A DNA stretch of 64,000 nt from Felis catus (lineage: Eukaryota): positions 230,518,001 to 230,582,000 of the forward strand of contig NC_058368.1 of the NCBI RefSeq assembly GCF_018350175.1, given 5' to 3'. This document shows, piece by piece, positions 25,631 through 40,864 of the stretch. The position numbers and the translations under genes were made by a program. Every line of letters starts with the position of its first letter. Position 1 is the first letter of the stretch. The notes beneath the pieces were generated by a model. The model searched no databases. It was not told where the DNA came from and was given only the letters and a program-made list of their open reading frames with translations.

Positions 25631-28564
25631 TGGTCCTGGTCCTTAATCCCATGGCTTTTAATGCCAGCTCTTCGTTAGAATTAGGACTGCTTAGTAAATA
25701 CGTGTGCCTAGACCCCATCACAGCCCTCTGACTCTGAACGTCTACCTCTGATCTCAGATTTTTGTTCCTTAGAAGTTCATCAGGTGATTCAACGTGTGGC
25801 CTGGACTGAGAGCCCACCTTAGTAGATACAGCTTTGACAAGGACTCTCATCAGAAACACGATGTAATGTAATTTAGTTGTAAAGTCACATAAAGAACAGG
25901 TACGAGTGGTTTGATCCCTTTGGTTACCAGCTGGCGTGGGGAATGACCTAGTGAGGGGTTCTCAACCTTGACTGCACAGTGGAGCCACTGAGAAATGTAG
26001 GAAATTGCTGATACCTGAGACCTACTCCCTGTGGTGGAGGCATGATCCGCCTTCTGGGATTCCCATCCTTTGAGTACTAGTTTACCACAGTTGTGAACAC
26101 AGTTTGTCATCTGCTCGCCGCCACTGACTTATGCTTGCATCCATCAGCTTACCGTGAAGTGCTCCTCAGTTTTGAAATGGAGTATGATGGACTCTAGATG
26201 CAATCAACCCCTTTTGTAAACACTGTTAACGGCCATTTTAGAACTTTTAATATCGTTGATAGGAAAACGAAGTCCCTAAAAACGTGACCAGTCAAGATGT
26301 CTTGAGGATTTACAGATGTCTGTTAACACAGTAGGCGATTTTTAAAAGAGCTGCCAAAGGAAATTCACTAAGGCTTCAGTGCGGCGGGTCTTAACGTTCA
26401 GAGCAGGAAAGGCTGCAGCATTGGGACGCTGAGCCTCTTACTGTAACGGATGCCCAAAGAGCTTAATGTTGTCTCGGCCTTGCAGTTGAAAATAAGGGTC
26501 AACAGCCCCTTGCTTTGGCCAACCGCCCATGCCCACACTGGTGGGGAGGTAGTCTGTAGCAGCATGGCCCCAAAACGAAGTGCTGTGAGGCCCCACCCCT
26601 TTCTCCTGACGTGTCAGACTCCTGGGAGACATTGGAGATCACCTCTTTTAATGTCCACATTCTCTTCAAAAGAGGAACCTAGAATCCCTGGGAGTATTAA
26701 AGGCGGGAATCCTAAGACGTGGCTATTTCTGATGCAGCAGCTAGAGCACCAGGCTTGGGTAGATTTGCCCCCACCCTCCTGCTGATTATAGAATTGTAGC
26801 CGGGCACCCCGACTTTGTGACAAGGAAGATCGCCGTAGCTTCTGAAAGGATCAGACTCCACAAGTTACTTAGCAGTGTTTTGCCAGCCAGAACGTGCCAG
26901 AGAGTTCTAACGTATTATGGTCCCACAGTGTGCCACTCAGCCCTCTGTCTGGTCACCTCTGAGCTTTCACAGTGACAGGATAGAGGAGGGAGGTGAGTGC
27001 ACATTCTCTTTACAGCCAGCAAAGCTAATGGCATCCTAGAGCCTGGAATCCACACAAGCTCTCAGCTCGGCTCCTGTGACCGGGACAGTTTGTTGAATGG
27101 GTAACATATGGTTCAGCAGTCTATGGACAACTTCCAAATTAGCCCTTTGCCATAGAAAATAAGGCGTCAAAATGACCCTGGTGACCACGAGGAGCCGCTA
27201 GAAGCGCTGTTGACAGCCGTGCATGTCAAGAGCAGCGCCACCAGCTGCCACATGCCTTCTGCTGGCGTCCCAAAGAAGGACGGTGGCTGCCTGTTTTTCT
27301 GTCCCCTGTCCCCCTGCTTTCGAGGAGAGAGCTTGAATGGGTGGCCCTGCCACACCAAACTGAGCTAGAGGGATGAGTTCAGCCTCTGTGTCTCCCTCGC
27401 CCCATCTTTTCCTCTGCACCCCCACCCCTCCGTCAACCCCACTTTCTCCCCGCCTCCAGCTTCTCCCAGACCATCCCCCAGCCACAGGTAGATCATAAAG
27501 CATTTCTCAAAACTGTGGCTGTGTTCCCCAGTAGTCATTTGTTAAACAGAGGCACGAAGATGCCCCCAGGGAACATGAGCAGCAGGATGAGAAAGAAGTT
27601 GATTCTCCCAAGTCTTTGATGTAAGGAAAAAATCAGTTTGAGCTGATTTAAAAATCGTTCTGACTTATGCCATAACATTTCCCTTTCAGGGAGAGACTTT
27701 TCTCTCTTTCATGCATCGTCCTGTGTTTACCTGCTTTCATGCCGGTTCCTTTTTTTGATGCTGAGAGGATGCTTGAAATAGAAAATCAAGTTGGCTTAAA
27801 GCCTGTGGGATTAGCAGCCGTGAAACCTTGAAAAGCTGACAAGAAAGGTCTAGAATGGAGCAAAGGCTCCCGAGATACATTCTGAAAACCAGTTTTCCTG
27901 GTTGATTGTCACACGCCCACTAGTCAAGTCAAAGATGCATGCTTCCTTTAACCAGATCCCCGTCATGGGAGGGGAGCACTTAGCCCCATCCCTTCCAGGC
28001 TGGACCCAGGACTGGGAAGACGTGGCCCAATCTGCTGTGAGTCCCCGACAACTACAGGTCTCGTCCCTCTCATCTGTGAAATGGAACCACGTTCCCTGCC
28101 TTGAATGCTGGTGCACACAGCAGGTGCCTGAGAAACCATAGCCAAATTGGCATGCTTTTAAAAATAAAACTTAGCTCAGTTCATTTTTTTTCCCCACCAT
28201 TATTTTTTGAATTGGGTGCATTTTTCTTCTTCCCACTGTTCGTCAAATTCGGAACAAAGGTCAAAAGGTCAGTGCAATGGCCTGAGTGTACGTGTCCTCC
28301 CAAATTCATGTGTGAAACCTGTTCTCCAAGGTGATGATCTTTGGCAGGAAGGGTCTTTGGGAGGAAATGGAAACACAGAGAGATTAAGCACTTTGCCCAA
28401 GGTCACACAGCCCATGAAATGGCAGAGCCAGAGCTCAAACCTAGACTGGTGGCTCTGGGTCCCATGCTCTGGACTCCCAAGCGTGCTGTGTGCACCACTG
28501 TTCACAGTATGAACTCTCATACAGCATTCTCTGTGGGCAGGCACTGTCTTCAGTACGTACACAC

Positions 28565-29045
28565 TAGGTTGGGTTCCCACTGTTGCTGGAATAGATCGCC
28601 ACAAACACGGTGGCTGGAAACAACGCATATTTATTATCTCACCGTTTCACAGGCCAGGAGTCCCAAATGGGTCTTGTTGGGCTAAAATAAAAGTGTCGCC
28701 AGGGCCGCATTCCTTCTGGAGGTGCCGGGGAGAGTCCGTTTCCTCGTCTTTTCCAGCTTCTACAGGTGCCCACAGTTCCCTGGCTTGTGGCCCCTTCCTC
28801 CATTTTCACAGGCAGCAATGAGAGGTCACGCCTTTTCACACCTGTTCTGCACCCTCTCTCGCTTCTAAGACCCTCATGGTTACATGGGCCCCCCAGGATA
28901 ATCCGGGACAATCTCCCTAACAGAAGGTCAGCTGATTAATTCTGTCTGCCACCTCCATTCCCCTTGGCCTCGGAACCTAACGTATTCAGAGCTTCCAGAG
29001 ATTAATGCGGACATCTTGGCAGGGGAGGCATTCAGCCTACCGCAC
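28565..29045 (-). mobile_element. MaLR LTR (MLT1D-like), preceded by short MLT1 and MIR fragments (~28273-28500)
   Basis: ccacaaacacggtggctggaaacaacgcatatttattatctcac...gggcccccaggataatccgggacaatctcc. Confidence 0.75.
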
Positions 29046-29567
29046 ACACATACTCTAGCTCACCTGATCCTCACAGCAAGCTAACATGTGGGTACCATTA
29101 CGAGCATCTGACAGAGGAGGGAATTGACTCAAAGCGATGTTGGGTGTATCATCCCAAGTCACAAGGTCGCAGAGACCAAGGGCCCTAAGGTGTTCAGCTG
29201 CACCTGTGTCCTCAAGCACTGTCGAATGCCTATGCTAAGAAAACAGGAGCACCAGCCACCTCAAAACAAATCGGCAGCATGGAAACATTTATGTCCCCAG
29301 CTGATCCCAGCACATGGCTTGTCTAGGACCCCCCCAGCTTTATATCTCCTACCTCATTTTACTACCAGAAAGGGCCCTGGTGGATGGCAGATAGTAGTGT
29401 CTCCCTCCCGGAGCTGATGGAAACGTGAGTATCCATATTCTCGGTGATGCTGAGCCCTGGTCCCCAGAGAGGAGTGGCCTGTGAGCGGGCCACCATCCGA
29501 GACCTCTGGCAATTGTGGATTCTTCCCCACTCATTAGTGAACTTCAACCAACAATGGCAGCTGCTTA

Positions 29568-29771
29568 CATAACCATAAGAGATTCTTAAATACAGAGAAC
29601 AAACTGAGAGTTGATGGGGGCAGGGGAAATGGGTGATGGGCATTGAGGAGGACACTTGTTGGGGTGAGCACTGGGTTGTATGTAAGTGTCGAATCACGGG
29701 AATCTACTCCTGAAGCCAAGACTACACTGTATGTTAGCCAACTTGCCAATTTAAAAAAAACAAAAACAACC
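29568..29771 (+). mobile_element. 5'-truncated carnivore/felid L1 3' end
   Basis: aaccataagagattcttaaatacagagaacaaactgag...gcattgaggaggacacttgttggg plus A-rich tail; TSD acaatg(g/a)cagctgctta at 29551-29567 and 29772-29788. Confidence 0.9.
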
Positions 29772-29962
29772 ACAATGACAGCTGCTTATAAAAGGAGCTA
29801 CTTTGGATAAGGAAAGGTTTCAAGACCTTCTCGGGCTTCTCTGAATTCTTTCCACTGCGACCATCAAGGGCGCCTTTAGGAGCTGACAGCTAAATGTATC
29901 CAGAAAGGATCAGGAATGTGGAAATGACTCACTTTCCTGGGTGGAGGAGGGATGCTGGTTAG

Positions 29963-30343
<381 letters not shown>

Positions 30344-33300
30344 TAAAATCATTAACACATCTGCACAGTGTTCCCGTGGTGGTGGGGGGGGGGTCTGACA
30401 GGGGGACATTGAATGACTTTCCCCACATCCTGCAGCCCAGTCAACATAGGAACTTTGCCAAAGAGAGTCACGTCAGTCCCAGGCAGGCTCTGAGGTACCA
30501 ACTTGGAGAGTCTAACCCGGGCACTGATTCTTCTGTGAGTTGATTCGTACCTCGATGGAGGTCCCAGCCAGGGACAGGAGGGTGCTTTGCAGGTGTTCCA
30601 CAGGTACACTGTAGGTGTGATCTAGGAAGAGAAGCTAAGCAGCCAACACATATTTTACTGCATGTTTTGAAACGTTTTGATATGTGATCTTGCATTTATT
30701 GTTAGAAATGGGGGCTCAGATTCCCAGTTCTCCAACAGAATGGCATTGGAAGCTTGGCCTTGGGGGACAATTCTGATAAATTCATAAAGCTGAGCAGCTG
30801 GAGAGGTGTCTCCAAAAAGATGGACTTTACCTTGGGCGGCTGTAAGTAGGCTGCCTGCACTGAGGTAATGGCCAATAGGAAGCCACTCTTGGCCTTGATG
30901 GAATCAAGATAGTCTCCAGCCTTTTCTCCCAGAGCCTCTGGAAGACGGAACCCTCACCCATCGGCCCCCCACCAGCTGAGGGAGTAGTATGAGTCGTAGC
31001 TGCGGCCAGAAACCCCTACTACTGAGGTTTCTTCATCTCTCCTGGACAGCGATCATGAGTCCAGCCTTCCCCTGGACACTGTGGTCATATCCCAGCTGCT
31101 AACGGTCATACAGACCCAAGATCTGACTGTCTTCAAGAGTGAACAACTAAGAGAGCAGGACAGAACTCCCAACACTGTCTCTTAGCAGGTTTTAATTCAA
31201 AATAAATATGCAAAAGTATCTGTTTAGATCAGAGCCCATCATTTTTTAAAGTGTTCTCAAAATCATTTTGCTTTGAGTAAGGGTTATAGGCGCTATTTTG
31301 TTCGGAGGAAGGATTCATGGAAATGCATTCTTAAACATCATTCCTAAATTTAACTTGAATGCATCAGTGTTCACATTTTTTAGGTTCTAGTTCTCTTGCT
31401 CTTTGTGGCCCCTGGGGGCCGCTCCAGACACATCTGCAGCCTCTAGATCTGTAAATTCCAGCATAAACACACCTGTAACCTAAAAATACGTGCTGCTGGC
31501 CTTTTCGATGGTGATCTGCTGCTCTGAGACGCTCCCAACCCTGCTTTCTCTCCTGTGCTCTGTGTCCACCTTCTCCCTGAATTGCAGGAGCCTTTTAAGA
31601 GGATTGAGCCATCCTTCTTAAAATCTCCCCTCAGGGGAATGCAGTGGTTAGCTAGCAGGTGTTTATTGAACTGTGCCAGGAATTATGCCAAATAGTATTG
31701 GATACCTCAGTTTTCCAACCCAGTACTTAAGGGGGCCAGACCATAATGCTTCTGACCCTTTCCATTATCGTACAAGCGAAACATGGCCTAACAAAGGTAT
31801 AATGGGTCCTTCTCATGCTTTCCTTCTGCAATACTGTATACCATGGGGCCCTGTCCCTTTACTGCTTTATCCTGGAAAGTGAATGAGCATAATAAAGGTT
31901 GAAAAGAAGAATGGCATATGGGCAGGAATGTGGCGCTTGCCAATCTGTCAGGTGATCGTAATCCCCCAAGTCTTACCCACCACCTACAGACTCGGAACCT
32001 CCTGGATGGGCCCAGGCAACTTTGGAAGGCAGATTCGGGAAATTGTACTAATGCATGAGCCTTGGTGTAAAAAACAAAAACAAAAAACTTTGAACTGAGA
32101 TTGAATTCACTCTGATTTCAAGGTTTTGTCTTCAGTCCTTTTTTGGATTCTGAACCATCCTTCTGATGGTCCCTGCCTCTGTCACTGGTGTCCCGTTAGT
32201 AAGAGTTGGCCTCAGACCCTGAACCCTTTTTCTAACGCTGCCAATGTGTGCTCGCGTGGCTTGAAGCCTTTCAAGTGACAGGTGATATTAGGCATTGATT
32301 GGGTCCAGAGAATTCAGGAGTCAGAAGAAAATATTCATGGACTTCACCCCCAACCACATCCCTCCTTTCACGCTGTGAGCTGCGTCATGGAACCTTACGA
32401 TGAGCAATTTCCCACCTTAGAATGTTGTACTTCGAACCATATTTTACAACATCAATGAGCCATTTTCTAAGTTGAGTAAGATGAAGAGATTAAAGCACTT
32501 TTATCATTTTTGCCAAAAGTCTAAGTGAAAATTTATAAGGGTCATTTGTCCCATCTTTTTCTCACAATATTTTCAAGGAGACAAAAAGGATTTCTTTAAG
32601 AAAGTTTTGCTGAAACAGCCATGTTAGAATACAGAACATTGTTGCTTATAAAGAAACATCAAAGCCATGGTTTCAGTCAAGTGATAGTTACGTAAAAGAC
32701 TTTGAACTGTGCTCTCACATAATAAAAGTATCTTACGAAACATTTTAGTGAGGGTGTAAACAGATAATAATTATGGTTGTTTGAAAGTCATTTAGGATGT
32801 TTTGTCAAGTTCAGTCAAAAGTAGAAAAAAACAGTCAAAAGTAGAAGCCATCTTGCATTGAAAACGGATGGAAGAGAGGCACAGCTGAAAGGTCTGGAGA
32901 TGGGGAGGAGAGCACCAGCATCTGGCATGAAGAAGAGGGATAGGAAGACGCCCTCACATCCAGTTGGCCCCCAGCCTGGTGACTGGTCCCCAGGAGAGAA
33001 CTGAGTCTAGATGGCGCCACCTGCTGGGAAGGATGGGCATATGCACCAGTCTGGGTCTCAACAGGGAAACCTTGCTTCTTGAGGAATGTGCTTTGCACTT
33101 GGGGAAACCAGGCAGCCATTCCAAGTCGTCTAAAGGAATTAAATGCCAGCTGCCTCCAGTGAGAGGAGGAACCAAGGCCCTAATTCATCACTGTTAACTG
33201 GTTGCCGCAAGGTGAGAAATGGAAATGTCCTCGGGTCTGTCTAGGACAAAGCATCCCCATCCTTGCTAACACCAGAATAGAAGGTTACCTTCAGAGCCTG

Positions 33301-36300
33301 CAGACTGGCGTAACTCATCTAGAAGCTTCCAGAAAGTTGTAGGTTTACAGCTTTAATGATTGCCAGATATCCAGTCTCTGGAATCTGTTGCTCATGAAGT
33401 CAGGTTTTCAAAGACTATGTAATGACAAGAGAGCATATGGAATACAAAGTGGAGGAAAATGATATAAAAATGGGAGTGTATATAGAGATACGTATGATGT
33501 TGCTAAAACCTGGCCAGGTTTGCAAAAGGTGTATCACATGCAGATATAAAATACATATGTATATGTTTTTATTATTTATACATAATATATTCATTATTAT
33601 ATATTTATATATATTTGTATTTGTATATATACATGTATGTCTTTCTAGGGAAAGTACAGTAACATCAAAGACAAAGGCTACCGATTGTTTCGTACTTTTG
33701 TATTTACAAATTTTCGAACAGGCATTACATTTATAATCTTTTCAAATGCCATCTAGAAAATAATATTTTGAAAAGCACGAAGTGATTAAATCAGTGTTTG
33801 CTTATAAGAATGTATTTGTTTTCCTTCTTCCATTTAAGACACCAGAGAAAGGTACAAGGAAAGTTTGTCTAATCCGCAACAGACACTGCCCAGGACAGAG
33901 AAACCAGAGATTTTACGAGGAAGCCAAAGTGATAAAAATCATAATTGGTTTAATGATTGCCTCTGGGGCTTTGCTATATCCCAGAATTTTATGTTGATCT
34001 TACCTCTGGCATTGTTATTCTATACCTTGGGAAAATTCTCTGACACTGTGAAGGTCAGATTGAGTTATAATAAAAAAAATCTCAGAAACTTTATCCTTCA
34101 GATACTTAATTGAAATAATTCAAGAAGATGTAGGGTACAAAGATATGCTTCATTCATGCTCTTCTTTCAAGAAATGGCTGCTGTTGAATCATACTGGAAC
34201 CATCACACCATGAGCCCCTGAGGGTAGAAGTAGTTAATATTTCTGGGCATCATATTCTGGTCCAAAAAGGCTTTGCAAATTTATTAATTTCTGACTCTGG
34301 GTTCAGTGCCTGTTGCCAGATTATAAGAAATTGCTGGTCTCTCTAGCCCTTTTGGGCAGAACCCTACCCCCGCCCCACCAAACAATGTACACATCACGTG
34401 CCCAAAGGCACATGTCACCTGGCAGGGGCTCCACCTTCTCCAGCAGGGCTCTGTGCCAGCAGCTGGGCACGGTGGGGCAGGATGGGCAATCCAGAGATTG
34501 GGATCCAGGGAAATGGAAGTAGACAAAATCAGTGTATTTACTTTCCCACCTTTTGTAGAAATAAGCATCTTTTGTTCTCCAGTTTGGGAGATGGCCAAGC
34601 TTCCCGGGATGATGTCCGGGGGTTAGTGGTACTCGAAAATGGACTTGAAGTCACAGGATACCGCTGGCTGCCGGCCAGAGCAGACCTGAGGCTTCAAGAC
34701 CCCACTCAGTGTGAACTTGACAGTGCAGAGAAACCGCTGAGGGGGAAAAAAACAAAACCAAAAACAAAAAAAACAAGACAAGCAAGATGACCTAGAACTC
34801 AAAACTTCTCCCTTCTGTTGGAATATCCCTTGTGAATGTTTTATTCACGTGGATATAGGTGTATCCATGTGGGTGAGGACATAGACCTCTGACAATTCAA
34901 AGACGATTCTGAGCCTCTTCTCGCGTGCTCATGTTCCCTCTCCCGGTCATCTTTGTTTCACGGTCTAGTGCGCTGTGGTCAATTTAAGCTCCTGTTCACT
35001 TCTTTCTTACACTGTAGATGTCAAATGCATGGGCCAGCGGGAAGTTTCACTGATGATACCACCATGCTGTTTTGTACGCGAAAGCGATAGTAATGGGATT
35101 CCGTGTAAAATCTTGAATGCCTTCTTTTGTTCCCCATGATGATGGGCATGTCTTGGAGGAACCTCCAGGGGCTCCCACCTGCCCATCCTTTGTCCCACAG
35201 GCCAGCCTCTAACCTTTCGCTCATGCTCCTCCTCTGTGGTCTTCCCCTCCCCTCCATCCACTGCTTGGACGACTATCCTTTAAGGTCAAATAAAAACATC
35301 TCTTCCACTCTTTCAGGACTTCTTCCAAGTAAAAAGTTACCCATCTTCTAATCTACTTGCACATGGCTTTATTTAAACTTCCCCCCTCGTGCCAGTCACA
35401 TTGTGAGTTATGTACAGTTGTTGACGCCCATGGAGAGTGGATCTGCTGAGACGGGGGACTGGGTGCATCCGGTTTCTGTCCATTTCTAGCCCAACACCCA
35501 GAACCAGTTGTGCTGAGTGACGCTCGGTCTGGGGTCCGCAGCAGCCTCTACCCCTCATGTCAAGTAGACATTGAAACCTGTGACTTGTCCCAGTCACATC
35601 CATTTCTTTCTCGGTGACACTTGGGCTACAGGAGCCGCTGCGAGCCAAGGGTATTCCATGGACCTTCTCTCTCCACTTTTGGTCCAAACTGCTCTCTGGC
35701 TTCTTGTGGCAGTGCTGTATTTTATGACGTTAGTCAACATTCTGAATCTGTAGGGACCACCAAACCTAACAAACATTGTGCATCGTGATGATCATCTAAA
35801 ACCTGAAGATTTGTGTCAACAAATGGATACGGGTGCGTCTCAAAGTACCCATGGAGAAGCAACACTTTTGATCACGCCAGGCTCAACGATGCTTTGTTCT
35901 GAGGGTGTTAACGCATGACGTACGTAAATGGCGTGAGACGTCATGAAACCCCATCACCTGAAAGGTTTGCTGGGATTTTCAGGACTTGCTATCTGGTATC
36001 ACTTCTCTGTGAGCGTGACACATTGCCCACTGCATCACACAGATGTGACGGGCCCAGGAATGAGACTGTGACACTAAATAGTGGTCAGTATCCCAAAGCA
36101 CACAAACGAATTTCACTGCTAATTTAGATCACGTTGGAGATTTGAATTTTAAGTAAGTTTCTCCTTATCTTGGCCAAAATGGATGTTAATTATAAACAAA
36201 CATAAATATGCCGGTATATACATGCACACATAACATGTAAAATTATACAGAAATAAAATTGTAATAAGCCACGAGATGAAAGTAACACAGACACCCCGCC

Positions 36301-36519
36301 CCCACCATCCCCCTCCTAGACAGAGCTGTGATTGGAATTTATACCAGGCATATATCCTTTCAAAACTTTTTCTATCCATATTTATGCACAGCTTTGTTTA
36401 ACCCTTCAAAAGACAATTTTAAGTACACTGCTGTGCGTATGAGTCAGGCCACATGTCAGACAGCCAAACCCGTAGACTTTATAGGCATCCTTAGGGTTTA
36501 TAAGTGTCCTGAGAATAGA

Positions 36520-36830
36520 TAAGTGTCCTTCCCAGTAATGTGGAGGTCGATGCTGCTGGCCGCCGTCATCTGCAGTCTTCGGAGGCTCTTAGATCTGTCA
36601 CGTTCTTCTCTTTCGGGTAATTCCTCCTCATGGTCCAAGGTGGCTCTTCATGTCCGCCGTCCAGGAGCAGAAATGGCACAAAGTCGACAGGATAGAGCAG
36701 AGTGCCCTATTGAAAGTCACGTATATCACTGCCACTCACCCCCTCTTTGGTCTGCATTGGGTCACCTTAGCCCCCGAAGTGCACGGTAGGCGGGATGTGT
36801 GATGTGCTTGTGGGGAAGCCATGACCCTCG
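36520..36830 (-). mobile_element. Degenerate old MaLR LTR (MLT1J/K-like)
   Basis: cctcatggtccaaggtggct...atcactgccactcac; weak recognition. Confidence 0.35.
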
Positions 36831-38033
36831 GGCATTCCCTTTGCTCAGGAAGAGGGGGTGTCGTGGCATGCTTAAGGGGATCAGCAAGAGCTTTCTGTCG
36901 CCGGGAGGAGGAATATTGTGTAGAGTTACCTGCGTATGGTAAGAAAAGTTCACTTTTTATTCGTTTCTCGGTTTGTGATTCCTCGGCAAACGGCGCAGCC
37001 CCTGGTCACCTGCACTCGGGGCCGCTCCCGCTGCCCACCTGGGCACGCCACGGAGGACAGGGGTGAGCGCAGCACCCACTCTGTCTCCAGCTGCACACTG
37101 TTGTGCACTCGTTTATCCCTGGCCTCAGCGTGACCTCTGTCCTGGCCAGCAGTCACCAGCGGAACGTGGAAAAGGCTGCCAAGAATCACGCGGTAGGAAC
37201 ACACCTACAGCCACGTGTGCTGCGTGAACCCACGTGCTCGTGGTGTGGGAACCAATCCCTGATCAGCAGCAAATTTGGTGGCTTCCGAATTGTAGTTAGT
37301 GCAAACTGTGACAGACTTGTGTAGTGAAGTCTCGCCTACACCCGTCATCGCCTTTCAGGGATTAATCCTTAGGAGGGAAATGTGGAGACCAAGTCCATTT
37401 TTCAAGGCTTGGGATACATAAGCCGGAATTTGTCCTAATCGCTCTGGAGGGCAGCGACAGTCGAGGCACATTTGGATTTGGTTTATTATCACTGATGGAT
37501 CTGCCCCTCGTGACATTCCTGATGCTTTTAAGTTCTCATTTCAGAATAGCACGGGTCGCCTTTCTTTCTTCCAGTTTTCATTTTATTAGTGAGCCATACT
37601 TTTTCTTTTGCTGCTTAATACCATTTCTTTTCCAGCCATCGGCTTATTTCGGTGGCTGCTTGCTCCTCCCGGCTGGCTCCCGCTCGGTCTCACTGTAGCT
37701 TCACGTCACCATATGCCAGGAGCTTGGTGACCCAAGACACGGTATTTCATGTCCTGCAAGCAACAAGTCACATGAGCCTGCAAAATCACGGCCGTGCCTT
37801 TCTGTGCAGTGACTCTCCTTTGTCACTACGCGTGAGTGAATGAGATTCTCTTCCTACTTCTGTGCCTCTCATATGAACTATATCCCATCAGCAAAAAAAG
37901 TGCTGGCTTTCTGCTTTTATTAAGTTTGCAGACTTAAAACTCTGAATTAGGTTTCCCCTTTACTTTCCTTGTTGACATTTGACCATTCAGTACTCCATGC
38001 CATTAATAAATACTCTGTTATATACTAGTAGAT

Positions 38034-38247
38034 CAGGGTTCCTCAGCCTGCCTACTCTTGACATTTTGAGCCAGATAATTCTCTGTTGTGGGGGCTGTCC
38101 TGTGCCTTGTAGGATGTTATCAGCATTCCTGGCCTCTACCCAGTAGATGCCAGCAGTACCCTTTTCCCCCGGTTGTGACCACCAATGTCTTCAGACATTG
38201 CCAGTCGTTCCCTTGGATGATGAAATCCCTTCAGTCAAGAACCACTG
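38034..38247 (+). mobile_element. MER20 DNA transposon
   Basis: Ends cagggttcctca / agaaccactg; body gacattttgagccagataattctctgttgtgggggctgtcctgtgc. Confidence 0.88.
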
Positions 38248-39853
38248 TATGAGACTGTCTTTCAGGGGTGTATCAGCAAAGATATTAACAAACAAGACTA
38301 CGGGATTCTCTGAGGCAGGTTGGCATGTCAAGGACAGAGTGCCTTTAAAAGGAAGGTAATGGAAAAAGTAAAAAGGAAGTAATGGAGAGGTTCCTGGCCC
38401 AGGTTTTCCCAGATGTGGATGAGAAGTTAGGAGCAGAGAGAATTCTAGAGGGGTCTTAGCGGTGTTCTGGTTGGTTCCGTCACAATGACTGGGAGAAAAG
38501 GCGGATAAGCCTGGTGATGTGGCCCAGCCTCGATAACTCTGTGGGGCACAGCACAGTGGTGTCATCGTGTCGGTCTCTGGAGCAGGCCAGTATCGCCGGC
38601 CTCCCTCCCACCTCTTCCTAAGGGGCGGGTGGTTCTGAGCAAACGATTGGGGGTGCCCGTCACCCTCACACAATGCCCCTTGGCTCCACACTGACAGAGA
38701 ATCAGCAAGGCTATCTATCCCTGAATCTCTTTATTCTGATACTTGATTCAGAAAAGAATCCTGCCACTTGAACATAGGTTTCTAATCTCTCAAATGCAAA
38801 ACGCTTTGTGTCTTCAAGGAGAGCCGAGAGACCATGTGTGCCACATAAATACGGCTCCTTGGCCACCACCTCTGTCCCGTTTTTGCACGGATCCCGCCCT
38901 CCCTGTAATCTACATCTTCCAAACAGCGACCAGGGGAGTTCACACACCTGAGCCACCTTCTTCTTCAAAATTCCCAAGATTCAACATAAGAATCATCTCT
39001 CTCCTGGCTCTTTAGCATTGCTCCGAGTTTCTTCATAACCAGAACTTCTATCCCCTGCCTCCTTTTCCCTTAATCCCCCCAAAAGCTGGAAGTGCTAAGG
39101 AAACCCTGTCGAGGGAAGATCTATTAGCAACTCGGATGTTCAAACCAAGCCAAGCAAAACTGGCAGACAGAGGATGGACTTATGTTTATGTTGTTGCTTT
39201 TTAAAGTATGTGTACAGGCTGACGCCTGATTAAACGGGGCCCGGCGTAAGAGGACATGCCTGCCAGTTCACATCTCTGAGCTATCTTCTCTTCTGACACA
39301 CGAGGTGTGCCTTCAGCTGGGAGGGAAGAGTGGGATTTTAAGGTCAGTGTTCCCCTGCTGCTGAAGATCCACGCAGTTTCCTTGGCCTGTTGTATATTTC
39401 ACCCAGATCCCTTCGGAACAAAACTTGGCCTGCACAGGGGTAGTGACGGTGATGCCCTCTCAATGGTGGGAAAATATGGGCAACAGAGATGCGTCGCCAT
39501 GGCGAAGAAGGCTTTTCTGTTTGTGAAGACACAGCCGAGCAGGAGAAGCTCTTCTCCTTACGTGGCCTTGCACGGCTGCGACATATGGAGAGAGGAGCGG
39601 GGTATCTCTGCACCTCTGGACTGTAGACGCTTCCCCCAGCCCCGGGGAGCTCTCCTTCTCTGCATCTCTGTGGAAGCCAGCCCAGTGTGACAGAACGGAG
39701 GCTGGGCAGTTGTAAACTTAGCAGAAGGGGAAGAGCTGAAAGGCTCTCGTTAATTTTTCTCACTAGTAGGGGCTTTTATGAATGCAGTAATTAGAGCGCT
39801 CTGTGAGCCACCATCCCTGAGAGAAGCCCATGTTTACAAAGTCTTGGTTTAAA

Positions 39854-40091
39854 GGGGCGCCTGGGTGGCTCAGTCGGGTAAGCATCTGACTTGAGCTCAG
39901 GTCATGATCTGAAGGTTCGTGAGATCGAGCCCCGCCATCGGGCTCTGTGCTGACACCTGGGAGCCTGGAGCCTGCTTCAGATTCTGTGTCCCCCTCTCTC
40001 TCTGCCCCTCCCCCGCTCATGCTCTGTGTCTGTCTCTCTGTCAAAAATAAATAAGCATTAAAAAAAATTAAAAACAAAAACAAAAAAACCC
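39854..40091 (+). mobile_element. Felid CAN-SINE
   Basis: Perfect 16-bp TSD acaaagtcttggttta at 39836-39851 and 40092-40107. Confidence 0.95.
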
Positions 40092-40864
40092 ACAAAGTCT
40101 TGGTTTATGGACATCTTTGCTTTCTGGTTTGGGAACGTTCGGATTTTTATCCCCAACTTACACCGTTCTCTTCATATAAGGAGAAAGTGGCTTCTACTCT
40201 TCCATACTGCAGCCAACTAAGAAACCTTTTAAATAGAATTTAAGCTGCGTGGGGAAACAAAAGTATGGAAACCAAGTCCAAAGAAAGGCTTTCATCTTGT
40301 TTTTTGTTGGTCCGTTTGTTTGTTTAAGCCACACATTGGCCACAGCCCCGCACCTGTGTAACTTTCTTCCCAAGCGGACATTTCTTAACTGTGGCCAGGA
40401 GATCTCTCCTCCCCTGACTATGACCATAGCAGAAACATCAGGTCCAAAAATCAGTAGCTCCTTGGCTTGTAACACAGAGGCTTGTTATTCTCTTCCTTTC
40501 CAAAAAGATTTAAGCATTACCTTCTTGAACAGAGAATACCTTATTTTCAATTCTATGCAGTTTTAGAAAATGAATGATAGAGACTGTTGATTGATTTGCT
40601 TTATTGATGTCAGTCATACAGTTACACATTTAAGATCAGTAGAGAAAAGCGCTGATGGTATGTTATCGAGTGTGGCACTATTTGGGGCGATAAAACCAAT
40701 TGATTTGCTCTGTGATTTACTGTCAACATAATCCTGCCACGCACTCTCCTTGCTTTGCTGACAGCTTGTCCCCGAGAGAGCTCCATGGCGGAAAGGTCAT
40801 GGGGAAGCCAGAAGGATCAGAAGGATCCTACGACACCAAATGTACTTAGTCCTTACTGTGATTA

